Shown: piece after piece, positions 8,066-18,900 of the stretch
How positions within the stretch are numbered: position 1 is the stretch's first letter
Layout: the number at the start of each line of letters is the position of its first letter
Source of the DNA: Hyphomicrobiales bacterium
GTDB taxonomy: Bacteria; Pseudomonadota; Alphaproteobacteria; Rhizobiales; Aestuariivirgaceae
Length of the DNA: 62,603 nt
Direction of reading: 5' to 3'
Assembly: GCA_003151375.1 (NCBI GenBank)
Contig: PLXI01000234.1
Location: 1 to 62,603, forward strand
Notes under the pieces: generated by a model
Database searches by the model: none
The model's input: only the letters and a program-made list of their open reading frames with translations
What the model was told of the DNA's origin: nothing
Translations under genes and position numbers: made by a program

Positions 8066-10415
8066 TCTAAAGCGGGTTATTTGCGTCCTTTTTGCGCTTG
8101 TTCTGGCACTTCTGCCAGATACGGCGCTGGCTCAAACCGCAGTTCTGCAAGGTGGCCCAACCACGCCCGGCCACATGCCGATGTATGCTGGCCAGCGTTC
8201 AACACAAGCCATCGTTCAGGATAGTGGTATTGCAGCAGGTGGACCACTAGGCTCCAACCCAACCGAACTTGGTTTAACCACTCGTAATCCAGCTGGAACC
8301 TATCCTGCGGTAAACGTTGGCACTGGGCCACTGTTCACCAATCTTTGCACTTACGATGCGGCAAAAAATAACCCTACGGGCTATCATTACCTTTGTCTTG
8401 GGCCCAACACTAACAATGGTGGCATGATTGCTTACGGTGCGGGCGGATCTGCCGCGCCACAGCCATTGTCATTTAATATCAACGGCACAAGTTATAATTT
8501 CCCATTTCTGGCTTCAGGCATTGTTGGCCCGAGCAGCAGCACGATCAATGATTTTGCATGTTGGAATAACATCACCGGCACGCTGTTGAAAGATTGTGGG
8601 CCGATTCCAATCACTGTTCCTTCACCGACAGCATCCACATTGGGTGGATTATTCAGCGGCATTGCGCCCGTTGGTTCATTTGTTACGGGTGTAAATACCT
8701 CTGGGGTTCTGCAATATGTCAGCCCGTTCGGCACCCCAAACACTTGGCCTGCGGTTCAAACTTTCTCAGCGACAAACATTTTCTCTCTCAATCCAGTCCT
8801 GAGCGCATGTAACGGCTATGTGTTCGGAAATAACGTGGCCTTGGCTGCATCGTGTTCTCCTACGATTCCATCCTCGGTATTTGCTGATGGCAACACGGGA
8901 ACTGGTTCAATTGTTCATGCAACCAATCCGACACTTAACAGCCTTATTGTTTCTGGCACGATCAACAAAGTCACCCTTACCCAACCAGCAACAGGCGCAA
9001 CTTTAACCATTTCTGACGGGAAAACTTTGACGGCCAATAACAGTTTGACTTTGGCTGGCAATGACGGAACCACGATGACCTTTCCAGTGGCATCGGACAC
9101 TGTTGCTGGTCTTTCCGCGACCCAAACCTTACTCAACAAAACCCTGACCACGCCAGTTCTGAATGGCATTCCGACAGGCACGGGAGTGTCAGCCGCAGCT
9201 ACTGCTTCCACATTGGATTTAAGAGATGCCAATGCCAATATCTCCGGCAATGCGTTTCTTTCTGGATATAACACCACAGTCACCGCAGCAGGCACCACCA
9301 CACTCACGGTTGCCAGCGCCGAATATCAATTCTTCACCGGCACCTCGACCCAGACCACGCTATTGCCAGTCGTTTCAACACTGGCACTTGGCCAACAATT
9401 TTGGATATTCAACAACTCCACTGGTGCTGTTCAGGTTCAATCATCTGGTGGAAATAACATCCTTTCGGTCGCCAATGGCAACCTTGGCATTTTCACCGTA
9501 ATATCGACCTCTGGCACCACTGCCGCGTCATGGAGCCAGACCTATGTTTCTTCTGGGGCAGGCACAGGCACCATCACCAGCCTCACCTGCGGAACTGGTT
9601 TGACGGGTGGCACTATTACCCTCTCCGGCACATGCGCGATTTCGACACCAATTTCAGTTAGCCTTGGTGGGTCTGGTGCAACGACCCTTGCTGCCAACAA
9701 TGTTCTATTGGGCAATGGCACATCCGCACTTCAAACCGTGGCACCAAGCACGAGCGGCAATGCACTCTACAGCAATGGCACGACATGGGTATCTGCTGCG
9801 CCTCCCGTTCCTCATTACACCGTTAAAACCTCCGGCACCACATACACAACGAATGCCAATACCAAATTTACAAAAGTAATTGCCATTGCTGGCGGCGGCG
9901 GTGGTGGTGGTTCGCAGGTCAATACGGCGGGCGGTGGTGGGGGCGCGGGTGATGTTTGCACCAAGACCTATACAACTTTAGTCGGCTCAACTGGCTACAC
10001 TTATGCGATTGGTGCAGCGGGCGGAGGAGGTGGCGGTGGCGCCGGTTCGAGTGGTGCTACTGGCGGGAACACCACTTTCACTGACGGCGTAACGCTAATG
10101 ACGGCGGCGGGGGGCGTTGGCGGGGCGCCTAATAACGGCGCTGGCGGCACTGGTGGCAGTGGCACAAATTGCGATTTTGATGTTCCCGGACAGAATGGTT
10201 CTCTTGGTATAGGATCAGGCACACAGGGCTTTAGCGGCAATGGAGGCTCGACGGCCTATGGTGGTGGCGGCTTTGGACGTATTTTACTGACGCTCACTGC
10301 CAACAGCAACGGCAATCCGGCCAAAAATTGGGGCGGGGCAGGCAGTGGCGGATATGATGATGCCCTCGGTGGTAATGGGTTCACCGGGGCCATTATTTTT
10401 GAAGAGTGGTATTAA
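8046..10415 (+). CDS. Tail fibre protein 1 (signal peptide, shared N-terminal module, C-terminal glycine-rich domain)
   Basis: 789 aa Thr/Gly/Ser-rich; TALA|QT signal-like start; C-terminal AGGGGGGG...G.G..G.IIFEEWY glycine-rich domain. Confidence 0.8.
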   Translation: MSRSVIDLKRVICVLFALVLALLPDTALAQTAVLQGGPTTPGHMPMYAGQRSTQAIVQDSGIAAGGPLGSNPTELGLTTRNPAGTYPAVNVGTGPLFTNLCTYDAAKNNPTGYHYLCLGPNTNNGGMIAYGAGGSAAPQPLSFNINGTSYNFPFLASGIVGPSSSTINDFACWNNITGTLLKDCGPIPITVPSPTASTLGGLFSGIAPVGSFVTGVNTSGVLQYVSPFGTPNTWPAVQTFSATNIFSLNPVLSACNGYVFGNNVALAASCSPTIPSSVFADGNTGTGSIVHATNPTLNSLIVSGTINKVTLTQPATGATLTISDGKTLTANNSLTLAGNDGTTMTFPVASDTVAGLSATQTLLNKTLTTPVLNGIPTGTGVSAAATASTLDLRDANANISGNAFLSGYNTTVTAAGTTTLTVASAEYQFFTGTSTQTTLLPVVSTLALGQQFWIFNNSTGAVQVQSSGGNNILSVANGNLGIFTVISTSGTTAASWSQTYVSSGAGTGTITSLTCGTGLTGGTITLSGTCAISTPISVSLGGSGATTLAANNVLLGNGTSALQTVAPSTSGNALYSNGTTWVSAAPPVPHYTVKTSGTTYTTNANTKFTKVIAIAGGGGGGGSQVNTAGGGGGAGDVCTKTYTTLVGSTGYTYAIGAAGGGGGGGAGSSGATGGNTTFTDGVTLMTAAGGVGGAPNNGAGGTGGSGTNCDFDVPGQNGSLGIGSGTQGFSGNGGSTAYGGGGFGRILLTLTANSNGNPAKNWGGAGSGGYDDALGGNGFTGAIIFEEWY
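8229..8350 (+). repeat. 122-bp exact direct repeat, copy 1
   Basis: ATTGCAGCAGGTGGACC...AATCTTTGCAC identical to 10590..10711. Confidence 0.95.
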
Positions 10416-10418
10416 GTC

Positions 10419-13400
10419 ATGATGAATAAATTGCGTACGAATTTTGCACGCCTGTTTGTGGTGGTTTGCTTCCTGCTGCCAAGCATGGCCTTGGGTCAGA
10501 CTGTGCTCCAAGGTGGTCCTACAACACCATATCACATGCCGATGTATGCTGCTGGCCAAGGTTCTCAGGCCATCATTCAAGACAGCGGCATTGCAGCAGG
10601 TGGACCACTAGGCTCCAACCCAACCGAACTTGGTTTAACCACTCGTAATCCAGCTGGAACCTATCCTGCGGTAAACGTTGGCACTGGGCCACTGTTCACC
10701 AATCTTTGCACCTATGATGCACCGACGAGCAATCCAACTGGTGATCATTTTCTCTGTTTTGGGCCCAATTCCAACGGCGGCGGGTTAATTGCTTATGGGG
10801 CAGAAGGTGGTGCACCTGCACTGCCTCTTGTCTTTAATGTCAATGGCACAAGTTACACGTTCCCATTCTTATCCTCCGGTGTCATCGGCCCCAACACAAG
10901 TGTCGTAAATGATTTTGCTTGCTGGAACAATACTTCAGGAACTTTGCTAAAAGACTGTGGTCCGATTGTCGTTACAGTTCCTGTCCCAACCGCATCAACG
11001 CTCGGTGGCCTATTCAGCGGGAACGCTTCTGCGGGCAGTTTTGTCACAGGGGTGAACACCTCTGGTGTATTGCAATATACTAATTTACTTGGGGTTTCCA
11101 ATAACTGGTCAGCAACACAGACATTTGCCGCGCCGCCAATATTTTCCTCCCTCACTGGCTTTCTCTATGGTAATGGTGCGGGCGCTATAACAGCAAACCC
11201 CTATGTCCCGCAGGACACAGCCACACTTGATCTCGATGTGTCAAAAATCCCCGGTGTGGACATAACCGGAGCCACAGATAGCACTGCCGGGATCAATACC
11301 GCTCTCACCACCGCACTTGCCTCAAATCGCACGCTATATTTTCCATGTGGCATATATGTCGTTAGTGGCAGTGGCACAGAAGTTTTCCTTGTCACAAACA
11401 AGGCGCTCAACCTTCGGGGGGCAAACAATAATTGCACCTATTTTAATACCAGTGGCGTCGGCGCAACCACCACGGTTTGGCATCAGGTTTTGGCCGGCGC
11501 AATTACTGGCACATCAATTCAAAATATCTCAATAAATGTTGGTGGCGGGCAAAACTTTTATAAATTAGATGGTGGAGCAACAGGGTATATCCAGCATCTT
11601 ACCATCCATGATTTTATAGGTGGAACATCGTTTACAGGCCCTGTTGTTTCTCTTAATGCTACAGCGGGGAACACTAGCGGGGCAATCGCTTATTCGACAA
11701 TTTATAACAACATTTTCAACTCTCTTTACTGCGCCTATTGTGGGGATGGTGTTGCCATTGACCATAACACATTTGGCGGGGCATTGCCTGGTATTGAGAT
11801 GAGTTTTGTTTCTGGCGCTGCTGGGGCCTCAATCACAAAAAACATAATTGTAAATAGTGGTGGCCAATTAATCCTGCACAATGGTGTGGGCATTACTATT
11901 TTGCACAATGAATTTGAGGCGGCTTTCGCAGACACCAGCCCACACAACGCGATCATTGACTTGCAGGGTGATATTTCACAAATCTTAGGTGCTGATTTCA
12001 AGGACAACTCGGTGAGTGTTTTGCTGGCCGCTGGAACTCCTGGGCCTGATGCTGTTCGCATTGATAACGTAGATAACTTCCACGTTGCTGGCGGCAGAAT
12101 ATCGTTATATCAAGGGGTTGGATTAACATACCACATTCGCAACACAGCATCATCTACCAACACTAATATAGCTCAGACTGATATACGCTTTGAAACAATA
12201 GTTGGTAGCGGTAGCGCCATGCGGATGTTTAATGCAGGCGGCTATAATTCAGTATGCTCCCCAAGCTTTTCTGCCCCTAGCACCTCAACAGTTTTGCATG
12301 GCAATGCGACATTAGGCTGCGGCGCGTTTGGCGCGGTAGCATTAACCGACATGGCTACGGAAGCAGCGAACAGCATTCTAGGCAATAATACTGGTTCACC
12401 TGCAACACCTGTTGCCTTAACCGTGGCACAAGTCAAAACTTTGCTGGCCATTGTTCGCGCCGACATAACTGATTGGGGCACAGGCGTTCAAACAGCACTT
12501 GGAATAAATGTAGGTACAGCAGGCGCAGTTGTCGTTAACGGCGGGGCTCTCGGCACACCATCCAGCGGCACGGGCACAAACCTGACTGGCATTCCAACGA
12601 CAGGTCTAACAGGCATTTTACAGGCAGCGCAATTTCCCGCGTTGACTGGTGATGCCACAACGACTGCTGGATCGCTTGCCACAACTGTTGGCAAAATTGG
12701 TGGAAAAGCTGTCACGCTTGGCGGTGCATTAACTTTCTCAGGAGCGTTTGGGACAACACTTACTGTCGTTGGAACCACTGCGCTCACGTTGCCCACATCT
12801 GGCACACTTGCAATCCTCGGCAGCAACACGTTCACAGGGGCGCAGATTAACTCAACTAATGGTGCGGCCTCGGCCCCGCCAATGGCATTGACCGGAACGA
12901 TCTTCGCTGGTGGTTCAAGCACGACAACCAAACCACAACTTTTGGTCGAGCCAGCAGGAACAACTTCGACAGGATGGAGTGTGGCAGGAACACTGCTGGG
13001 CCTAAACGCGCCTAGTGGGTTCACCGGAAATCTTCTTGACTTACAGTTGGCGGGTGTTTCTCAGACGTATGTCACCAGCGCAGGACTTTTGGTGGCCAAC
13101 ACCTTATTCTCTACCGGGGCTGTTTCGGCAACAGGGTCTGTTTTCTCTGGCTCAAATTTTGTTGGTCAAGCCGATGCTTCTGGTATTTACCTTGGGGCCG
13201 CATCCGATCTAATACTGGTACGGGCCGGAGCGGCTAATCTTAGATTGGGTTCCTATGATGCGGCGGCTCCTGTCGCCCAAACGTTCTCTGTGCAAAGTGT
13301 AGTGACCGGAACCACAAATACGGCAGGCCAGAATTTAACCATTTTAGGCTCTGTGTCCACGGGTTCTGGTGTGTCTGGTGATATTATTATCAAGACTGGT

Positions 13401-13673
13401 GGCACGGGAGCTGGAGCAACGGCTCAAAACTCGCAGGTAACTGCGGCCACGATAAAAGGCGCAACACAACAGGCAATTTTTGCAGGGTCGGTTAAAACTC
13501 TTGTAACCGTTGTGGGAAGCCTTCCATCAGCTTCAACAGCAGGCGCAGGTTCGCGGGCTTTTGTCACTGACGGAAGCACGACAGTTATTCTCGGTCTCGG
13601 ACTTACTGTTGCTGGTGGCGGTGCAAACAAAGTTCCTGTATATTCAGATGGCACAAATTGGATAGTCGGGTGA
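10419..13673 (+). CDS. Tailspike/fibre protein 2 with pectate-lyase-like beta-helix (putative depolymerase) and signal peptide
   Basis: N-terminal ~230 aa paralogous to fibre 1; D.TGATDSTAGINTAL...TLYFPCGIYVV beta-helix entry motif; ends VPVYSDGTNWIVG. Confidence 0.8.
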   Translation: MMNKLRTNFARLFVVVCFLLPSMALGQTVLQGGPTTPYHMPMYAAGQGSQAIIQDSGIAAGGPLGSNPTELGLTTRNPAGTYPAVNVGTGPLFTNLCTYDAPTSNPTGDHFLCFGPNSNGGGLIAYGAEGGAPALPLVFNVNGTSYTFPFLSSGVIGPNTSVVNDFACWNNTSGTLLKDCGPIVVTVPVPTASTLGGLFSGNASAGSFVTGVNTSGVLQYTNLLGVSNNWSATQTFAAPPIFSSLTGFLYGNGAGAITANPYVPQDTATLDLDVSKIPGVDITGATDSTAGINTALTTALASNRTLYFPCGIYVVSGSGTEVFLVTNKALNLRGANNNCTYFNTSGVGATTTVWHQVLAGAITGTSIQNISINVGGGQNFYKLDGGATGYIQHLTIHDFIGGTSFTGPVVSLNATAGNTSGAIAYSTIYNNIFNSLYCAYCGDGVAIDHNTFGGALPGIEMSFVSGAAGASITKNIIVNSGGQLILHNGVGITILHNEFEAAFADTSPHNAIIDLQGDISQILGADFKDNSVSVLLAAGTPGPDAVRIDNVDNFHVAGGRISLYQGVGLTYHIRNTASSTNTNIAQTDIRFETIVGSGSAMRMFNAGGYNSVCSPSFSAPSTSTVLHGNATLGCGAFGAVALTDMATEAANSILGNNTGSPATPVALTVAQVKTLLAIVRADITDWGTGVQTALGINVGTAGAVVVNGGALGTPSSGTGTNLTGIPTTGLTGILQAAQFPALTGDATTTAGSLATTVGKIGGKAVTLGGALTFSGAFGTTLTVVGTTALTLPTSGTLAILGSNTFTGAQINSTNGAASAPPMALTGTIFAGGSSTTTKPQLLVEPAGTTSTGWSVAGTLLGLNAPSGFTGNLLDLQLAGVSQTYVTSAGLLVANTLFSTGAVSATGSVFSGSNFVGQADASGIYLGAASDLILVRAGAANLRLGSYDAAAPVAQTFSVQSVVTGTTNTAGQNLTILGSVSTGSGVSGDIIIKTGGTGAGATAQNSQVTAATIKGATQQAIFAGSVKTLVTVVGSLPSASTAGAGSRAFVTDGSTTVILGLGLTVAGGGANKVPVYSDGTNWIVG
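10590..10711 (+). repeat. 122-bp exact direct repeat, copy 2
   Basis: Identical to 8229..8350; flanks diverge at synonymous and non-synonymous positions. Confidence 0.95.
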
Positions 13674-13710
13674 CAAGAAAAACACGCTATTCAACCAAAC
13701 GGAGAAACTA

Positions 13711-13869
13711 ATGGAAAATAAACAAATCATTTTAGCAATGACGGCAGCGTTTCGTTTCATCAACCCTGCGGATTTGCCGACTACGGTAGTCTTTGCTTCG
13801 CCAAGCCAAGGCACAGGAACGTCTACGGCGCTTGATATATCAGGTGTAGCTCAGGTTCATTCAAACTAA
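13711..13869 (+). CDS. Small hypothetical protein (52 aa, not in ORF track)
   Basis: GGAG SD at 13701, ATG 13711, MENKQIILAMTAAF...QVHSN*. Confidence 0.45.
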   Translation: MENKQIILAMTAAFRFINPADLPTTVVFASPSQGTGTSTALDISGVAQVHSN

Positions 13870-13900
13870 CATAGCAATAGGGAACTGGAACTAGGGAAAA

Positions 13901-14470
13901 ATGGCAGATACGTCAACTTCGGTCGTCAACCAAGCCCTGCAATTGATTGGCAACAATCAACCTGCTGTAACTGGAGTTGCGCCAACATTTGACAATTCAC
14001 CGGCGGGCATTGCGGCATCTTCTCTTTATGCTCTGACCGTTGCTACAGTTGGGCGTCAGTTTGGATGGGATTTTGCCCGCACCAGTTTTGCTTTGGTTCT
14101 GTCTGGCAATGTTGCCCCGTTCCCGTGGGCATTTGAATATCTCTATCCCAGCAATGGCATTCAGGTCTGGCAACTCATTCCATCAACGCTGGCTGATGCA
14201 AACAATCCGTTGCCGGTCAACTGGTCAGTGGGCAACACACAGGTAAACGGCGTTCAGAAAAAAGTAGTGTGGAGCAACCAAGCCAATGCCGTGGCCGTTT
14301 ATAACAACAGTCCGACTGAGGCCACTTGGGATCCAATCTTCCAGCAGGCCGTGGTGCGCTTGCTTGCCAGTGGACTTGCTATGGCACTTGCTGGTAAGCC
14401 TGACGTCGCAACAACAATGCTGGACACCGGTGGTGGCTTTGCATCTTCGGGTGAGAAACGAGATAGCTGA
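13901..14470 (+). CDS. Head-tail adaptor / tail tubular protein A-like, paralog 1
   Basis: VVNQALQLIG...WDFAR...WAFEYLYP...WDPIF..A....LA..LA..L. Confidence 0.8.
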   Translation: MADTSTSVVNQALQLIGNNQPAVTGVAPTFDNSPAGIAASSLYALTVATVGRQFGWDFARTSFALVLSGNVAPFPWAFEYLYPSNGIQVWQLIPSTLADANNPLPVNWSVGNTQVNGVQKKVVWSNQANAVAVYNNSPTEATWDPIFQQAVVRLLASGLAMALAGKPDVATTMLDTGGGFASSGEKRDS

Positions 14471-14472
14471 AA

Positions 14473-15087
14473 ATGCCATTGAGCGTAAGTTCACCAGAAA
14501 ATGTAATAAACCTCGCCTTGGTGCGGATCGGCTTTAAAGGGCGGGTCAATTCGATCTATGAAGGTTCTGAAGCATCAAAGCTGGCCTTGGATATTTACAG
14601 CCAGACTCGCGATGAATTGCTGCGTCAATCGGACTGGGGATTTGCCGAACGCAACGTCCCCTTGACCTTGCAGAAGCAGGCCCCGGCCGGCGGATATATC
14701 CCGCCACTTTATTGGACATCAATTTATCCGGCTCTGCCATGGTTTTTCCAATATGGCTACCCGCAGGATTGCCTGAAAATCAGGGCGCTCAAGCCGACAC
14801 CGCTTTTCATCCCAAACTTTGACCCTCAGACCAATGTGTTCACGGTCGCCAATGACAATTCATTCACGCCAGCGCAGAAGGTCATTTTGTGTAATGTGCC
14901 ACTCGCCATTCTGACCTATACCGCGCAAGTGACTGATATGACGACTTGGGAAGCAGATTTTGTGGAAACCTTTGTTTCATCCATTGCCAGACGTTTAGCC
15001 CCAAGCCTCGTTGGTCTTGATACTGCTAAATTGGAGGCCTCCGATGAAGCCGCGGCCAAAGCGCAAGCTGAAATGGAACAGGGGTGA
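14473..15087 (+). CDS. Head-tail adaptor / tail tubular protein A-like, paralog 2
   Basis: VINLALVRIG...RDELLR..DWGFA...WFFQYGYPQDCLKI...YTA.VTD...W...F......IA..LA. Confidence 0.8.
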   Translation: MPLSVSSPENVINLALVRIGFKGRVNSIYEGSEASKLALDIYSQTRDELLRQSDWGFAERNVPLTLQKQAPAGGYIPPLYWTSIYPALPWFFQYGYPQDCLKIRALKPTPLFIPNFDPQTNVFTVANDNSFTPAQKVILCNVPLAILTYTAQVTDMTTWEADFVETFVSSIARRLAPSLVGLDTAKLEASDEAAAKAQAEMEQG

Positions 15088-15090
15088 TCT

Positions 15091-15969
15091 ATGGCCAATT
15101 TACCAACCGATGTGGCCAATCAAGCTTTAGATGCCGCCGGGATCGACATGACTTTAGGCGATATCGAAGAAGGCACCAGAGAGGCGCAAGTCATACTCAG
15201 GGCCTATCGCAACTGTCTCATGCAATTGCTGCGCGCGGCGCATTGGGACTTTGCCCGTAAAACTGCTCCATTGCTTCTGCTCGGTGATGCCACAGGCAAT
15301 ACGCCGAATGCGGGAACCTTAGTCGCTACACCATGGATTTATTGCTACGAATATCCAACCGATTGCATGAAGGTGCGGTTCTTGCCGTGGAACCAGCAAA
15401 CATCTGGTTCAGGCATACCAATGGGAAACATTCAACTTGGCCCGGCACCACTGTTGACCAATATCGGCAATGATAATGGGATTGGACAAAGAATGCGGGC
15501 CGCCCGCTTTGTGGTGGCGACCGATTATAATTATCCGCCCGCCCCAGGCCAGATCACTTGGGAAGTGCAGGGCGTGAGCCCCGTTAGTCGCACCGTGATC
15601 TTGTCCAATGTGCCAAGCGCTCAATTGGTTTATACGGCCCTGATCCTTTATCCTAGCGTGTGGGATTCATTGTTCCGCGCGGCCTTGGTGGCCTATCTCG
15701 CCAGCGAAATTGCGCTGCCATTAAGCAAGGACAAAAAGTTCGGCCTTGAAATGCGCAGAGAGCAAATTGATTTGGCCAAAGCTAAAATCATTGAGGCCAG
15801 AATAGCAGACGGGAATGAAGGGACTTACAGCACCGACCACACACCAGACTGGATGCGCACACGCAATTCTGGCTTCGGCCGCTCTGGTGCATGGGATAAT
15901 GGACAGGGCCTAGGTGTTTTGGGCTATGGCTATGACAGTCTGAATTTTGGCGATGGTTCGAGTTATTGA
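15091..15969 (+). CDS. Head-tail adaptor / tail tubular protein A-like, paralog 3
   Basis: VANQALDAAG...LLR.AHWDFARK...WIYCYEYPTDCMKVR...WDSLFRAALVAYLASEIALPL...ADGNEG...PDW..TR. Confidence 0.82.
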   Translation: MANLPTDVANQALDAAGIDMTLGDIEEGTREAQVILRAYRNCLMQLLRAAHWDFARKTAPLLLLGDATGNTPNAGTLVATPWIYCYEYPTDCMKVRFLPWNQQTSGSGIPMGNIQLGPAPLLTNIGNDNGIGQRMRAARFVVATDYNYPPAPGQITWEVQGVSPVSRTVILSNVPSAQLVYTALILYPSVWDSLFRAALVAYLASEIALPLSKDKKFGLEMRREQIDLAKAKIIEARIADGNEGTYSTDHTPDWMRTRNSGFGRSGAWDNGQGLGVLGYGYDSLNFGDGSSY

Positions 15970-15972
15970 GCC

Positions 15973-18900
15973 ATGGCCGTTCCTTTAATCTCCACAGCAT
16001 TCACCACCGGCGAGGTTAGCCCAAGCCTGTTTGGTCGTGTGGATTTGGCCAAATTCCATTCGGCAGCGGCAACGCTTCGGAATATGTATGTGTCCTATAA
16101 AGGTGGCGCATATAGCCGTGCTGGCACAATGCAGGTTGGGTTTTCCAAACAAACCGGCCGCACTGTTCCTCCCCGCGTTATTCCATTCCAATTCAATATC
16201 AATCAAGGTCTCACCCTTGAGTTCGGCAATTTTTACATGCGCGTCATTTCCGACGGCGCTTATATTACCGAAAACGCCTTGGCCATCACCGGAGCAACCC
16301 AGACAAATCCTTGCGTCGTTACAGGAAATGCGATTGGTGCCACAGCAGCCACTCCTAACAATGGAGCAGTGGTCTCGTCCTATGCTCCGGCTGACAAAAT
16401 TACGTTGGCGGGTGGTGCTTTTGCCACACCAGCGGTTTTAGCTGTCACCAATACGAAACTTCTAGGGCTGCAACTGAATGCGCCAGGCGGTGGTTACGCC
16501 CCTGCGGACACCATCCATCTTTCGGGTGGCACCCAATCATCACCTGCTATCGTAACCGTAAGCACAACGCAGGTCGCGGCGGCAGCGGTTGCGTCAGCCG
16601 GAACAGGTGGAGTTGCAGGACCTGCGGTTGTTATGGGCACAACTGGCACAGGCGTTAAGTTTCAAGCGAATGTTACGATTAACGGTGGTTCCGGAGGCAT
16701 TATTTCAGTTAATTCTATTGCATTGGCCGGTTCCTACACCGTCAACCCAACAACACCAACAGCGGAGCCTGTCACAGGTGGCGGAGTAACCGGGGCAACA
16801 CTCAATCTGACCATTGGTGTTGGAACCTTCTCGATCACCAGCGTCGGGGTGTTTACCGCGAATCCTGTTGGATTGACTTTCTCACAAGGCAGCACATCAG
16901 GATTAGGAACCGGAGCAACCTTTCAATTTGCTTTGATGGGCCCAAATGCCTTAACCGTCTCCACGGCTGGCGTTTACAACACTTTTCCATCAAACCCCGT
17001 GGCGCAAGCCTCGACGACTGGAAGTGGTGTTGGCGCGACCTTCACGCTTTCTTCAGCTGGGGTTCCTGTTTTCAGCAATGATGACTGGGTTAACATCAGC
17101 GGCGTTGGCGGCATGACGCAATTAAATGGCGGGACCTTCGTTGTTTCTGGTGTTTCGGGGTCGAATTTCAATCTCAATGATGTTTATGGCAACCCCATCG
17201 ATGCGACATCTTTCTCAGCCTACACATCAGGTGGCACCGCGGCTCGAATTTATACGCTCATAACGCCATGGGCTGAGGCTGATCTTGAATATCTGAAGTT
17301 CACGCAATCCGCCGATGTGATGTCGATCACTTGCGTCAACCAGAAAACCCTCACAGAATATCTGCCACAGGATCTAGCGCGAATTTCAGATTCAAATTGG
17401 ACCCTTACCGCTTTTAGTGCGGCACCTTCTGTTTTGCCACCAGCATCGACCTCTGGGGTTGCCAGCGCTCCAGGCGGGACCGGAGTTACGGCATATGTCG
17501 ATTATCAATATGTGGTGACAGCGGTAAGTCCTATTGATGGCTCGGAAAGCGTTGCATCTCCGATTGCTGACATTCCAAATGCCGTCGATATTAGTTCTAC
17601 AGTTGGCACGATAACCATCACTTGGTCGGCGGTTCCAAACGTCAATGAATACAATATTTACAAGGCTAAACCGGCCATCGCAAATGCCGCTCCACTTATT
17701 TCTGTCCCCGCAGGATCATTGTTTGGGTATGCCGGTTCGGCCTACGGAACGCAATTCATTGACACCAACATTGTGTCTGATTTCACCCAAGTTCCGCCGA
17801 CCCATCTCAATCCTTTTTCTCGTGGTAAAATTATAGCAGTCAACCCAGTTGCTGGTGGAATAAACTACACCACCATCGGCTATACGATTACGACATCAAC
17901 CGGTTCCGGTGCTGTCCTAGTCCCAATACTTGTCAGTGGTTCTCTGGCTGCGGTCATCATAGTCGATTCCGGCCAAAATTATGCGGCCACCGATACGATT
18001 GCCATTACAGGAAATGGGACTGGCGCCACGGCATTGCTCACGATTGGCGCGCAGACTGGAACATATCCCGGTGTGGTTGCCTATTTTCAACAGCGCCGAG
18101 TTTACGCCAGTTCGCTCAACAATCCTGACACCTATTTTATGTCACAGCCCGGCGCTTACAAGAATTTTGACATCAGAATTCCAACTATCGCCTCGGATGC
18201 CATTATCGGATCGCCGTGGGCAAATCAGGTCAACGGCATTCAATTCATGGTTCCAATGCCGGGAGGTTTGGTGGCGCTTACCGGACTTGCTGCATGGCAA
18301 TTGACTGGAGCAGGTGGGTCTTCACTCAACCCGCAATCCATCACGCCATCCAGTCAACAGGCGCAGCCACAGGCCTATAATGGATGCTCGGCCACCGTCC
18401 CGCCGATCAAGATTGATTACGACATCGTTTATGTTCAGGCCAAGGGCTCGATTTATCGTGACTTGTCCTACCAATTCTACACCAATATCTACACCGGCAC
18501 CGACCTGACGCAATACTCTTCACAATTGTTCACTGGGTACACAATTCGTGAGCACGCATGGTGCGAAGAACCATATAAAGTTCTCTGGTCTGTGCGCAGT
18601 GATGGCATTTTACTCAGCATGACCTATAACAAGCCGCAAGAAGTGACGGCCTGGGCGCGACATGACACCAATGGGCTGTTCCAAAGCGTGTGTTCGGTAA
18701 CTGAACCTCCAGTTGATGCGCTTTACCTCGTGGTTCAAAGAAACATTGGAACCAATACTGCTTACATGGTTGAGCGGATGGATAATCGGATTTGGGATTC
18801 GGTTGAGAATTGCTGGTGCGTAGATTGCGGATTGGCTTTGGCACAGCCGCAGCCCAATGCGACATTGAACGCTAATTCAGCGACAGGGCTTGGCGCAATC

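Noticed and set aside
8229-10711. Diversity-generating retroelement (TR/VR pair), expected in some BPP-1-like phages
   Set aside because: The repeat copies are identical with no adenine-specific mismatches, lie near the 5' ends of the genes, and no reverse transcriptase ORF was recognised
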